DNA of 64,000 bases from Cenococcum geophilum (GCA_050273025.1 CP158635.1:6572001-6636000); one strand, 5' to 3'; positions 1 to 13,360 are shown, counted from the stretch's first letter. Numbers and translations are program-made. The notes: generated by a model from the sequence alone, not told the origin.

Positions 1-424
1 GCGCCTAGTCTATATATAATTAAGAAGTTAAACTAAGATAGGATATCCGCCTAGCGTGCCTGCCGGGCCGTAAGGGCCTTAGTTATTATAAAGTATTTTA
101 GGGCCTTATAATCTAACACTACCTTAATAGGTTTAGGGGTCCCCTCTAGCTGTACACGCCAGTGCTAAAAGCTAGAGATAGTAGCCAGTATTTCTTTGTT
201 ATAGATATAGTAGTTTAGTTTAGCATCTATTATAGTCTTTAAATAGTATATAATAGGGTGCCATTCTCCATCCAGTTGCTTTTAGGAAAAAATACCGGCT
301 ATTGCGCCGTTTAAGGCATTAGTTTCTAGTATTAAGGGCCGTTCTGGGTTAAAGTGGGTAAGTAAGGGGGCTGACACTAGCCGTTTTTTAAGCTTATTAA
401 AGGCCTGTATATATATGGCGTTAA

Positions 425-510
425 GGCCGTCGAAATCGGACTCTGCACCTATATGTAGTGACGGCTACGAACCTAGGTCTTCGAAGTTCAGACTTAGAGC
501 CAACGCAGAG
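425..510 (+). ncRNA. HDV-like self-cleaving ribozyme fold (RIP-damaged)
   Basis: P1 GGCCGTC/GACGGCT with G1-U wobble; P2 CTCTGC/GCAGAG; P3 ACC/AGT (GGT in copy 2); 7-nt L3; P4 TAGGTCT/AGACTTA; J4/2 GCCAAC. Confidence 0.78.
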
Positions 511-1435
511 ACGTTGTACAGCGCGTTCTGGTGGGCCTGGTGGTGGTTATATACGTCGTGGGGCGTAGTAAAAAGTTTTTACATGGGATGGTGAGATCTC
601 GAAAACCACTATAGACGGTACCCCTTTATAATATAGCTATTACTATTCCCCTACTAAGCACCTATACGATCTAACATAGATGTATAGCATTTAATAGCAT
701 CTCCTAACCCCTAATAGAAAGTATTAATAACCTTTTATATTAACGAATAAGCGAATATAAACAAGTAATAAGTAAATATACGGCCCTTCCTAACCCCTAG
801 GGTGATCGCCCGCAGAGCATACGATCACTTACTATTAACTATTAAATACTACCTAGCAGCCTGGATAACACCGTGCGGTTTTCCTATCTCCTCTTAAGGA
901 GTGGTAACCCTTAGCGAGGGCCTAGCAACTAGGGCCTAGGTGTAAAAGATACCTAGGTATATATATATGTCCCGCTCGCCTTTTAGTATAGTAGTAGTTT
1001 ATAGATAAATCCCCCTTACGCCTTTAATAGGCCCTAGGGGGGGGAAGGCATGGCGTATATAGTAATGGTTAAACAAGAGATAGTATATAGGGGATGGCTA
1101 AGATATAGGAAATAACAGTATAGTAATTAATTGGCAAGGCCTAGCTGGGACGTAGTAAACCCTAGCTAGAATAAGCTAGAGAAGGAAGTAGTGGTTCCTA
1201 AGGAGTTCAAATATCTAAGGAGGACAGAATATAGCCGTAGGCTTATAGGGCCGCTGCTATGGACAAACATGGCAAACTGGGGTTTTTTATCCTACTAAGG
1301 TGGCTTATAGGGTTTTTCCTCCCCCAACTATAGGGTTTTTCTTCCTGTAAATTATAAGTTTTTCCCCTATAACGGAGTAGTCTACGTGGGCCGCGTAGGA
1401 TCCGTATTAGATGTTAAGTAATGAAATATTATTAT
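425..1435 (+). mobile_element. ~1.0-kb non-autonomous non-LTR retroelement (SINE/SIDE-like), copy 1, with 5' HDV-like ribozyme and (TAT)n tail
   Basis: 15-bp TSD TATATATGGCGTTAA at 410-424 and 1436-1450. It splits the Gypsy pol frame. It is the reverse complement of 4166-5184. Its 3' end (GGATCCGTATTAGATGTTAAGTAATGAA + TAT tail) matches the LINE 3' end at ~55233-55300. Confidence 0.88.
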
Positions 1436-4165
1436 TATATATGGCGTTAAAGTAGAAGGGCTAGTCTTTCCTAGTAAGGCGGTTAAGAGGCTAGGCGATT
1501 CTGCTATAGTTCTTAATAAAGTGTTAGTAGAAGCTACAGAAACCTAAAAATAATTATACCCCCTTTATAGTCCGTGGGGGCGTCTACTGGTTAATTGCGG
1601 CCGTTTTCTTTGGGTTGGCCTTAATTCTGTTTATGCTAATAATAAAACCTAAGTACTTTATATGCTTAATACTAAATTCTAACTTCTTAATATTGGCCTG
1701 GAGGCTAGCTTCGCGGAGCCGTTATAGGACTTTATAGACGTGCTCCTCGTATTCTAGTTTGTTCTCTAAGTATATTATAATATTATCTAGATAGGCCGTA
1801 TAGAAGTCGTTAAGGTAGTTAAAGAGTATATCGTTTAATTACCGCTAGTACGTAGCTGGTCCGTTAGTTAGTCTAAAAGGAAGTACCTTATATTTATACG
1901 TTCTGTAATAGGTCTAAAATATAGTAAAATCCTTAGACCTGGGGTTTATCCTAATTTGGTAAAAGGCCTGGCGGATATTAAGCTTAGTAAAAACCTTAGC
2001 TCTACTTATTTAGGTAAGAGTCTTATTAAGTAAGGGCAGCGGGTAGCAGTCCTTACGGGTTATATTATTTAGCTTATAGTAGTTAATGCAGAAGCGTAGT
2101 CCTCTATTTAGCTTTTTAATAAAGAGAATAGGTAAGTTAAAAGGGGCTTAGCTAGGCTTGATAAAGCCCTTATTTAGGTTATTAATAAGGTACTACTTTA
2201 TAGCCTATAATTTGGCAATAAACTATGGGTAGAGAGGGCTAAAGCTAAAGGTGCTTCCTTTGTCTTACTTAATCTTAATCTTATAGTCGTACGGTTAGTA
2301 GGGTAGAAGTATATTAGACGCTACCTTAGAGAATACGTCCTTAAATTTCCGGTATTAATTAGGTAGTTTTTATTCTACTAGTTCTTTATCTATAAGCCCG
2401 CTTTTTTATTTACTAAGCTTACTTTCTTTTTCCTTAATTATTTAGTTAATTTTGTATAGGCTAGTTGTAAAGGTAACGGTATTAGGCTGAACTAGGTTCT
2501 GGTAGAATCCTATAGCGCTAATATAGCAGATATTAACTAGTGGGAGGTCTGTAGGTTTCTTTAGCGTCCGTTAGGCCGTGGTTTGCGGTATAGGGTTTAT
2601 AGTCTTCCTTAGCTTACGTTCCATTTTCCGTAAGTTGTTCTTCCTATTTATTAGTTTAATATGGCGTCTAATGTCCCTAGCCTTTCTTTATAGCTGCGTA
2701 GGGCCTAGGTTCTTTATTAGGGACTTAGCTAGGCTACTACTAACTTCCTAAGTCTTTGGTGCGGGTGGTATAATATAGGTAGTTTAGGGGCGGCGTAATA
2801 TACGGATCTGTTACGGATTAAGCTGTATATCCTTCTTAAAAGCCTAGTCCCTACGCGTCGTATTGGCCTAGTAAACGGTGTCTATCTGCGGCCGTATAAG
2901 GTTTTCTATTGTAATACTAATCTCTTTTATAAAGGAAGGCGTTGGGGGTATAGTTTTGGGCTAGATAAGCTGCCTGTTCTATACGTTAAGCTATAAGCCT
3001 TAATAGGCTAGCTATTTTCTCCCTAAGATTATATTATGGCTTTTAAGGTCCGTAATAAGGAAGGGGACGTTATACTACCTTCGTCCGTTAACGCGGAGGT
3101 AGATCTGCAAGATAGTTATAATAGGTAGCCCTATCCGTCCGTTATAACCGCGAATAGGAATTAGTTTAGGTAGTTCTTTAAAGGGTGTATTTAAAAAGTC
3201 AGCTAGTTTTACAGCGCACTTTATATCAATTAAAGTAAAGGCATTTGCTCCTAAGTTAGCTAAAGCAAAGGTTAAAACTTAATATCTATTACGAAATAAA
3301 GTATAAGGGATAGTGCAGCTTTTTCTACTAACTAGCCGACCTAGATTAATATGTGACATATTAATCCCTTTTAACCCTAAAGAGGAGTCTTTCTCTAGGG
3401 TTCCTCTTTTTCCGGCTCTATACTATCCTCCTAAATTAACAGGACCTTATTTATCTTTGCCTTTATTAGGCAGTTCCTTATAGGGTAGCCTATTTAACCG
3501 CATAAGAAGTAAGCTCCTTAATTGCTAAGGGCCTATATATAGGGGTCGCTATATATAGGCTAGGTGTACACCGGGCCCATAGCAGGGGTAGCTATACGGC
3601 TAGCCGCTAGGTTAACTGTAGGGGTTGTCGATTATGCTAGGGCACTATAGGCCGTACTTATAGTACTTGCGGCCTAGTTTGTAAGGTTTTTAGTTTTTAG
3701 CCGATTAGCGCGTGCCTTAATTTAATAGAGGCCTTGGTTAATAGCTAGGCAATAGTCTATAAGTTTCTTTAACGTCTATGCCGTAGTATAAGCTAGTAAT
3801 ACGGCCCGCTATAGGTCTAGGGTAAGCTTATTAAAGAGGTTTGGCAGTAGGTCTTTCTAGGGGATTTAAGCCTATCTGGCTAGGTATAGAAAGTGGGTTT
3901 AAAAGGCTAAAAAGGTCTCCATTATTTTTATATTTAGGCTTTTATAGCTAAGGCGGGCGTTTTATACTTTAAAAGGGTCTTTATAAATAAAAGATAAGTA
4001 TTTAATTATTTCTTCTTTAGCGATAAAGGGGTCTGCTAAGTCTTTAGTATATCGCGGGCATAAATACGTTTAGGCGTCTTCGCTAGTACGGCCGAAAACA
4101 TAGGTCATTCTAGCTTAGGCGTTAGGGAAGTAGTCTATATTAACTTTAAGCTTATCCTATAATTA

Positions 4166-5184
4166 GTAGTAATAGTAGTAATTCTTAATTAACGTCTAAT
4201 ACGGATCCTATCTAGGCCTACGCAGACTACTCCGTTATAGGGGGAAAACTTATAATTTATAGGAAGAAAACCCTGCAGTTTAGGGGAGGAAAAACCCTAT
4301 AAGCCACCTCAGTAGGATAAAAAACCCCGGTTTGCTATGTCCGTCTATAGCGGCGGCCCTATAGGCCTACGGCTACGTCCTGTCCTCCTTAGATGTTTAA
4401 ACTCCTTAGGAACCACTACTTCCTTCTCTAGCTTATTCTAGCTAGGGTTTACTATGTCCTAGCTAGGCCTTGCCGTTTAATTACTATACACTTATAGTTG
4501 TGTTCTGTATTTTAACTACCCCCTATATACTATCTCTTGTTAACTATTACTATATACGCTATGCCTTTCCCCCCCTAAGGCCTATTAAAGGCGTAAGGGG
4601 GATTTATCTATAAACTACTACTATACTAAAAGGCGAGCGGGACGTGTATGCCTAAGTATCTTTTATGCCTAGGCCCTAGTTACTAGGCCCTCGCCAAGGG
4701 TTACTACTCCTTAAAAGAAGACAGGAAAACCGTACGGTATTGTCTAGGCTGCTAGGTAGTATTTAATAGTTAATAGTGAGTAACTGTATGCTCCGCGGGC
4801 GATCGCCCTAGGGGTTAGGAGGGGCCGTATATTTACTCGTTGCTCGTTTGTTCGCAATCGCTCGTTTATTAACGTAAGAGGTTGTTAATGCTCTCTACTG
4901 GGGGTTAGGGGATGTTATTGAATGCCGCGCATCTATGTTGGATCGTATAGGTGCCTTAATAGGAGAATAGTATTGCTGTTGTTCGTAAGGGGCACTTAGT
5001 AGTAGTTTTTAAGATCTTACCATCCTATGTAAAAACTTTTCACTACCGCCTATAATACCCACCACCACTACTAGGTTGTATCGCACGCTATATAACGTCT
5101 TTACGTTGGCTCTGAGTCTGAACTTTAAAGACTTAGGTTTGTAGCCGTCACCACGTATAGGTGCAGAGTCCGTTTTTGACGGCC
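4166..5184 (-). mobile_element. ~1.0-kb non-autonomous non-LTR retroelement (SINE/SIDE-like), copy 2, with 5' HDV-like ribozyme and (TAC/TAT)n tail
   Basis: 14-bp TSD TTATCCTATAATTA (4152-4165) / TTATCCCATAATTA (5185-5198), one RIP-type difference. Homologous over its length to 425-1435. Inserted in Gypsy gag. Confidence 0.88.
5099..5184 (-). ncRNA. HDV-like self-cleaving ribozyme fold (RIP-damaged)
   Basis: Minus strand: GGCCGTC-AAAAACGGA-CTCTGC-ACC-TATACGT-GGT-GACGGCT-AC-AAACC-TAAGTCT...AGACTCA-GA-GCCAAC-GTAAAG. P1 and P3 are intact; the 3' strand of P2 is mutated. Confidence 0.75.
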
Positions 5185-5754
5185 TTATCCCATAATTAAA
5201 GCTTCCAATTATTAAATATAGGGTTGGTTCCGTCTATAAGTAGCGGGGGATCCGCAACCTTTGCTGACCGCTTTAGTGCTATATAGGCCTTAGTGGGTCT
5301 ACTAAGGCGCTAGGATAGGGCCTAAAGGACTATAGTAAGTCTTTAGTTGTTTAATAATGACTTATTATTAGATATAGGGGTATCTCTAGCTTTAAGCAGC
5401 TCTCGCAGTCATTTAATTTCGGTATTAGCAGCCGCAAGCTTCGCCTAGGGGGTTAAAACGTTAATTGTTTCTTTATCTGAAGTATTTAAGGGTCCTATAG
5501 CTACTTTACCTACTGCTGTAGTTCGTGGTATAGTGGTAGGGGTGTTAGGTAATTTTAGGTAATTTCTTTAGGGGTTCTGGTCTGTATGTGTCTTATAGGT
5601 CCTTTCCTTAGGGTTCTATTCTTTTCTTTTAGGTCCTATCCTTATGGTCTTAGTAATGTCCTTAGGGTCCTATTCTGTGTTCTTATAAATATATTTAAGT
5701 TCCTTTTTAGGAAGAAAGAGTAGAGTAAGCTTTAGATAATATTAGCGACTCTAT

Positions 5755-5966
5755 TAATTAAGACATAAGTACGGCAAAAGGGTCGCGCAAGCCTGGACGA
5801 TTGGATTGTCTATAAACGAGAATCTAAAGCTAGGGAAAGGAAAGGAGAAGAAGAGTAGCGCCGTTCGATGTTTTATAAGATCTTCGCGTCATATAACCGC
5901 AATATACGGCAATCTGTGGCAACTTGCCGGTGCGTAGTTCTGCTAAGTTCTGCTAGTGCCGTAACA
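5755..5966 (-). repeat. 5' LTR of the left Gypsy element (left boundary approximate)
   Basis: TG terminus at 5966 on the minus strand, non-coding and upstream of gag. The partner LTR is outside the window. Confidence 0.55.
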
Positions 5967-6047
5967 TATATACTAGATATCCTTCCTTAATAATTCCCTT
6001 TACCTTTTAACCTAGTTAAGCAGCTCTAGGAGCTAAAGCCCTAAGGG

Positions 6048-6197
6048 CCAAAGTCTAGAATAAAATTCACTAAAGAGGAAGACGCGCTGCTTACTAACCT
6101 AAAAGGGAAATAAAATCTTCCATAGGACTAGATTAAAGATAGCTTTCTAATAAGAAGTCTTAGATCACTATAGGGGCATTACTATTTAAAATTAAAG
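6048..6197 (+). pseudogene. Myb/SANT-like domain remnant
   Basis: Translates PKSRIKFTKEEDALLTNLKGK*NLP*D*IKDSFLIRSLRSL*GHYYLKLK. The stops sit at CAA/TGG/CAG-derivable codons; the FTxEED-LL...W..I...F..RS...L..HY pattern is Myb-like. Confidence 0.7.
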
Positions 6198-6299
6198 GCT
6201 TAGCCTATTATGTAGAAAAAATAGAGGCAGCCTACTAGGCGGAAGAATTGGTGGTAATAGTACTGTTCTTTTTAGCCTAAAGTTTTATTTCTAGCTTAA

Positions 6300-7804
6300 G
6301 TTCTATTTATAGCGCATCTCGTAATTTCTAGATTAATAAACTTAGTCCCTATATAACCTAATGGGCCAGTAACCAGAATTTAAAAATTGCTGCTAAAGAA
6401 GCTGTAGTTTAAGGCCGGAGGCGTAATATCTATTTAAAATATCAACCAACTAAGGCCCGTTTTTAGGAGCGTAAACATCATCGTTTTTATTAGGGCCACT
6501 TAAGGTATTCTTTATAAATTTAAGTATTTAGTTATTAAAGAAAGCCCACTACGGGGAAATAAATATGTATTGTATAGCTAGATTAGTACGTATATCCTAT
6601 CTATTAGCATATAATTCTTAATAGCTTTAAAAACTTCTTTACACCACCCATCCTTTTTATAACCAATAAACGCGAAACTATATCTTAGTAACTACCTATT
6701 TCTTTTAGCCTTATCTAACGCACGCGTAATAACTACCTTTGGCAATAGATACTGGACTATCCTTATCTCCTCTTTGCCCTCATTTATTCTAGTCTATACT
6801 ATATATATAGAATAATGCCAGCGCTTTAGAGAATTATTATAAGATCCATCTACCACTCTATTAAGTATAAACACCGGCCTATCTTTATCCTTAGAAATTC
6901 CCGTTAATATCTACTCGCTAGCAGGGCTATAGATTATATTAATGTACTTTAGGAGTTTAGGATCGTCTAATAACTAGTGGATAATCTTTATACCGTGACG
7001 TTTATATCCCAATACCGCTTCAAGCCTAAATGTTTAACAATTATTAAGATGAAGCTTTGCCGTTTTAAGAAACTTGTCGACAAAATCCTTATAGCGGTTA
7101 GTTTTCTTCTATAAGAACGTAAACTAGTTACTTACATAAACTTTTAGATACTTAAATGCTCTAGCTAAACTAAAAACAGTTAGCTAAAGGACGTAGTTCC
7201 TAACTAGTGCTACTAGAGTGAGGCAAGGTAATATCTTAGTCTTATTATCCTTATCCGTTAGGGATTTAAGAGATAATAATTGCGTAGGGGTTAAGAGTGC
7301 GCTTAGTTCCTCCTTAAAGTGGCCTTAAGTAAACCTATCCTCCACTCTAGAGTATATAGAGGGGGTTTTAATATTACTAGGGTAGGTCGGGTCCTTATTA
7401 GCATTCGTAGAAGAGGGAAAGGGCTAGCTCGGCGTGCTAATACTAAAAGGAGTCGCCGTCGCTCTAATACCGCTAGGAGAGTTAAGCTTAGGAGGTATTG
7501 GTCTCTTATTAATACCCACTAAAGGGTAAAAAAGATAGGGCTAAACGCTTATTATTATATCGTCCACACTAAAGTTAGTAGTAATTACTATCTCCCTAAT
7601 ACTATAAGAAGAGTTAAGCCTAATAGGTATTAGTTCCTTATTAATATCCACTAGATAAAAATAGGGCTAAATATTACTCGTTATATTATTAACATAAGAG
7701 TCTATAGTATTTTCGTTAGCCTTATCTAATAATAAGTCTCTAGTGCGTATAATTTGCCTTTAGTTACTTATAGAGCTAGCAGCCTAATAGCTTAGAGTTT
7801 CCAT
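6300..7804 (-). pseudogene. RIP-degenerate ~500-codon gene of unknown function
   Basis: ATG near 7804 followed by a long protein-like frame interrupted by TAA/TAG stops typical of RIP; no family recognised. Confidence 0.4.
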
Positions 7805-10800
7805 AGGAAGTTATTAATAGATTTTTGTTACCGGTTACGGGAGGGAAGTATTTATAGGAAATAGGAGTGGGGTAAACCGAGTAAACATTTATATAAAGGA
7901 AGCATGGTAAAGCTGCTAGCACTAAGCGGCTTCCCATACATAGGGCTGCCTAAATCCTCCGTAAGCTAAAGCGCGTAGCGTATACACCTACGGCTAAATC
8001 AAAACACGGTAACAACTTAGAAATACTACAGATGTTTATATATAAGGTTTATTATTAGTTATACTTATATCTAAATACCTTATTATATCCTAAGGGAACG
8101 GCTTAGCGTTTAAATATAATAAGGCCAAATAGAAGTAAATAGTAAGGCCTACTCCTGTAGTTCTTAGAGCTTAGAGAATTACGCTAAGACAATTAGCCTA
8201 TATAGGACATTCTACTCTTAATTTTATAGTAAAGACTTAGCGACCGGAAGAGCAAATGCCCTGCATTTTTAGGTACTACTTATATAGGCAGTAGCATTAT
8301 AGGGTACAAATTTGCATAAGGTATCGCTGCGTTAATTAGGGTATAATACGCTGTTAATTTTATAAGGCGAGATAGGCACTACTTATATTAGGCTTTAATT
8401 CAAGCGCCTATCTTTAATAATCTATACAGCCACACCCCTACACATACTACCCGCCACTTATTTTTATATATTGTCTTATATAGGATCCTACGGGAGCCCC
8501 TAAATAGGTTTATTAGTTAATTCCCCTTAAGATTCCTTATTCTCTAAAACTAAAACATAGCTTAGTAAAAACGTACTAGTTATAATATTTATATTAAAAC
8601 TAACTAGTAGCACTTCTAATAGCTTTCGGTATACGCTAGCTTATAGCCTTCTAGTTTACTTCATTTAACCTATTATCTCTTAGTCTCTCGTTTACGCGTT
8701 CCAAAATTTTTTCCCTTTTAGGTAAATTTATATCATTCCAGCCGCGCCCTGACCTAATAATATTTCTAGCTTCCTTATTTATAAATTTCTGCTAATCCTT
8801 ATTAAAAAAAGGCGCCTTAGCCCAAGCCTATATACTTGCCAGGAAACGCTACCACTGCTCTAAGTTATACTAAACTGCATCCTATACCTGCTTTATAGTA
8901 GCATTAGCCCTAATATCTATTATACGTAGTGGCGTTTAGAAATGGGTATTAGTAAAATTACTAGGTCCTAATATGTCGTAGTAAAGCGGGGTTTCGCGAA
9001 TAGAGAATTTTAAGTTATTTAAGTGTCTTGGCTAACGCTACTAGAATCACCCCTACTAGTTTAGTTTTATAAGACTAGTCCTCCCGCCTTCCCTAGGATC
9101 GCACTAGTTATTTAGCTAAACGCCACTAGTTCTAACAGCCGCGCCAGATATAGCCCACCTAATACTTTTACTATGTCACGGAATATACAGAAGAACTATA
9201 TAAGGTCACCATTTAGGCAGCCCCCGGCTAATACGTTAGATCTTTCTCACACTAATAGCCTAGTTATTAAAAGGACAATTTATTTCATAGATTTCAAACC
9301 CTCCCTAACGCTCCGCATAAGCTAGAAAAATAATTTGCTTATAGAGTAAAAGATCATCTTTACACTATTTTCCAATACCCAAAATATAACTCTTAATAAT
9401 GCATAATTATAAAAATGGCCAATACAAGGCCTGCGCAACTATATTATATATTAGTAAACTAATAGCTAAAATTAGGGGGGCTTTATACATCAAAGTTAAT
9501 CTTACGACCTTAATTACCGTCTTAGTAGTATACACTTATATCCCAATCATGCCTATATACCTAAAACTTAATAGCTAAATAGAAAATGCGTATTTAGAGC
9601 GATCCTATTAAAGCTATAATCGCAAATTCTAACCAAGAGTAATACTAGCGCAATAAAGCTAGACGCGCTAGACCCCGGAATCTTTAATTAACCCTTTAGA
9701 GAGGCATATTATATAGAAGAAAATAATAAATAAGCAGAAAGCGGCACTATATAACGCTATTTTAATAATAAAAGGGTTCGGATGCTATAAAAACCAAGTA
9801 GTAATAATAAGGAAGAGGGTAGAGTAAGTAAATCTACTAACGGGAGCTATAATCTTAAATATCTAAGAAAATAAAAAAGAGTAAAAATAAAAGTGGGAGC
9901 AGGGTAGCTTATAATAATATTATTCCTTAAAAATAAGGCTGGCTATGCAAACGCTATATTATTACCGCTAAATAACTTAACCAAGCGGCTTCCTAATAAG
10001 TTGTCACCCTAACCTTAGGCGACGAGTAACTAAAGAAGGCACTTAGGGCGTATAGGGGTTAGTTACCTTTTCTATTCTATTACTAGATTAAGTATTTAAT
10101 ACTGTTTATAATTTTGGGTAATGCTAAATAGAAAAAGAGAAGAGTATAAATCTTTTATTTTAGCTAGTAACTTACAAGTTTTCTATACCCTTATACCCCG
10201 TATTAATCTTTATCTCCTAGCTATATACTTATAGTGCGGCGCTATAGTTTATAAGCACTAAAACTATATAGATACTTTACCGGACCTTCTATTAACTTAG
10301 TCTTAATATTAAACCTAAAATATCTTAGAATAGGTTAGCTTGCTAGTATAGCTAACACCTATATCTTCTTTCCCTCTTCGTCCTACTTTTCTACTACTAT
10401 TTTAATAAGTGTTCTACCCAAACTAAACTTCTAATAAAACTCGTATACAATAAGAGTAAAGATTTTTATTTAATAATCTCGGGAGTACCTAGCGTAAAAT
10501 TAGCTACGCCCCTAAGCCTATAACCTAAGAACTATACTAATGCCCCTTAGTATAAGTTTGTTCCTTATAAAACTTAATATTATTTAGGTTTTTATCTTAA
10601 CGCAGATTTTTAATACCCTCTAGGAGGCTATTAAGAATACCTTCGTTCCACTAGCTTACAAACTTATACTAGATAAATAGTGGTACCGTATAAATGCCCT
10701 CCTTAGGTAATAGCTGGGGTTTTAGGCCACTTATAACAAGGACGCTAGAAATTACAGTTCCGCTAATTAACACTGTCGAATCTTGCCTGGCCTATAGCGA

Positions 10801-13267
10801 CTTAACTACCTTAGCTTTGTTTTTATTATACGGGCTTTCTATACTATAAACACTTAAGATAAAACTAAGAAACGCATTAATAAGATTAACTGCGTAAAAG
10901 TCGTATATATTTATTGGGAATTCTTTAAAATATAGTCTCCAAATCTTAAAAGATTGGGAGGTTTTAAAAGCTAAAACAATAACATAGGTTACTCGAAATA
11001 TATCTATATGCGTAAGCGGTCAAATTTAATAAGTAGCCATCGCAGGAGAGAGCGAAGAAAAGCAAAATTAGTAGTAGATGGAGGAACACCCCTAAAAGAT
11101 ATATGGAGAAGTCATAATATTAATTAGACGAGAGCTATTGGGACTATCGCGGGTATAACAACTATAGCCTCTACTCCGACTAACGGAATTAGGTTCTTTA
11201 GTATTACCATTCTACCCTACCTTTAGATAGTATCTAGTAAAGGATTCCATACGGCAGGCATGGCTAAAAATTATTGCCACACGCATTATGCTGATTTATT
11301 ATTATGCATTTTATATCTACTTAGTATTACCTAATACTTGACCTCTAAGAACGTATATATATAAGCCTAACGCTGCCAAATGCCATTAGATGTAAAGATA
11401 AGGTGCTAAGGTAAAAGATTTAGTTTCCTAAGCTAGATATAAATAACTACTATTAAGGGTCCATAATAAATAGACGCGGCCTTTACTTTAAAACATTCTT
11501 TACGCCTTTCTCTTTAATATAGTTCTCCAAGCCTTAGAGATTTCCCTAAATTATAGTCTGTAATTTAATTAGAATAGATACTGCATAAGAGATATTAAAC
11601 ATACTTAAAACGTATACGCGTTAGAGTAGTTATATATTAATTTAAGGAAAGTAGGTAAATAGATAACATCCTATATTTATCGCCCTCTAGTTTTTCTATA
11701 AAGAGCACCAAGGAACTCCCGTTAAGACTTAGAAAAGGAATAAATTAAGGAGTAAAAGAGTTTATCCGCAGTCTTCTCATCTAGGTAGATGCAGAGAATT
11801 TTACTTAATATTAAATTATCAAGTATTTAAGCGACTTGTCAGTATTTTAGGCGGTTAGGATTTCCTAGACCCGCACCTACCGTTTATTAGTCTTTTAGGC
11901 CTATAGTAATTTAATCCCCCAATAGGCTAGTGCTAGGACGCGACTTTAGGGGTTCCGTTTGCTGGCCTTATATATCCTTAAGTTAGTAAGTGCTGGAATA
12001 CGAAGAAGTTTTAAGCCTAGTAGTTAATCTAGGACGACTTTTTAATGTAATTAAAGACCCCTTTTCTAGATCTATATCGGCGTATAATAAGGTACTTACT
12101 CCTAGGCTAGGGTTGGTAATTAATACACTATAGCTCGAATTTTAATTTTAGCTGCTAGTAATAGTTATAAGAGGCTGCCAAATATACCAGTCTAAGACTA
12201 GTAGGGTTTAACGAATTGCGGCTTAAAAGAGCGAGCTAATTATTAAAGAAGTAGCATCTATATTAAAGAATAAAGTAGCCGTAAATGGCTAGCAGAAACA
12301 GGGGAGACTAGGGAATGGTTTAAAAGGAGCGGTAAAAATAGCAAAGTTAAGAAAGTAATAAATAAAAGCTATAGAAGAAGGCGATAAGGCAACCGGTAAA
12401 GTAGACGGTAAAGGCAATTATATATCCCTAGCGTAACGGGGCGAAATCAGCTTTATATATTACTTATCTCTATCCTATACCTTTAAGATTTAAAGCATTC
12501 TTAGGTTTATTAAGGCGTTTTAGCCTTTAATTCTTACGGGACGCATTATTATATTATTAAAAAGAAATTAACTGGAGCTTCTAGACTTTACGGTAGCAGG
12601 TAGGCTACGTCTAATTAACTAGGGAGACGGCTATATATTCTTACTTTAATTAGCTATTTAGTTTTCTATTATAGATCTTTAGAGGAGTATAAGTCGTAGT
12701 GGTGGAGTTTAGTATAGTGTGGCGTGGGGCTAATATACGCCAAGCTAAAATTACAGGGGTATTATCGTTGCGATCGCAACAATAATCCCCTATAACGTTT
12801 TCTGCTTCTCTTACTCTTATACTCTATTACCTTCTTTTCTTAATTTAACTAATCTATAGGATCGTAAATGCCTCTCTACTTTATCAGTGTAGTAAAATAA
12901 ATTTTAGCGCTACAGTAATTCTATTCCATAGCCTTTCCCTTCCTAAGGCTAATTATTATCCGCTATAAAATAGAGAAGTAGTCCTTCCTAGTACACTATT
13001 ACAGCTTACTCGCACCGTCCGTCCTTATTACACTATAGGTTTACCTTTTATTACTCCTCTCCTAAGGGATACTTATAAATAATAGTTATTGTTAAATAAG
13101 ATTAAGCTATTTACGTAATTCCTATACTCTACTAATAAAGGCGAAGTGGTGAAAGCCTATAAAAGAGTAGTAGATAAAATTTTAGAGGCCTTACCCACCG
13201 ACTGTAAAGAGGCGCTTAGCTTAAATAAAACCCTAACAGTCTTAGGCCCCTAGAACACCCTAGCAAT

Positions 13268-13360
13268 CCTAAAAGCCGTAAAAGCCGTAAAAACCCTAAA
13301 AGCCGCGAAAGCCCTAAAAGCCCTAAAAGCCGCGAAAGCCCTAAAAGCCTTAAAGGCCTT
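13268..13360 (+). repeat. 9-bp tandem repeat (AAAGCCCTA/AAAGCCGCG/AAAGCCGTA), ~10 units
   Basis: Seen directly; in frame it reads KAVKAVKTLKAAKALKAL, probably EAL-type before RIP. Confidence 0.8.

Larger units (their letters stand above)
1..5966 (-). mobile_element. RIP-degenerate Ty3/Gypsy LTR retrotransposon (gag-PR-RT-RNase H visible; continues off the left edge), interrupted by two SINE-like insertions
   Basis: Minus-strand translation gives RT motif AYLDNIIIY (~1770-1797, from YLDD), RNase H-like ETNALNGAIAG (~300-330), and protease-like ALANLGANAF (~3240-3270, from ALADSGA). Order PR-RT-RH is Gypsy-type. The element end reads TGTTACGG on the minus strand at 5966. Confidence 0.88.

Noticed and set aside
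421..424. TTAA as a piggyBac target site
   Set aside because: The TTAA is part of a 15-bp TSD, and the element has no TIRs.
425..5184. ~1-kb inverted repeats as TIRs of one composite DNA transposon
   Set aside because: Each copy has its own TSD and simple-repeat tail, and the Gypsy frame keeps one orientation across them, so they are two independent retro-insertions.
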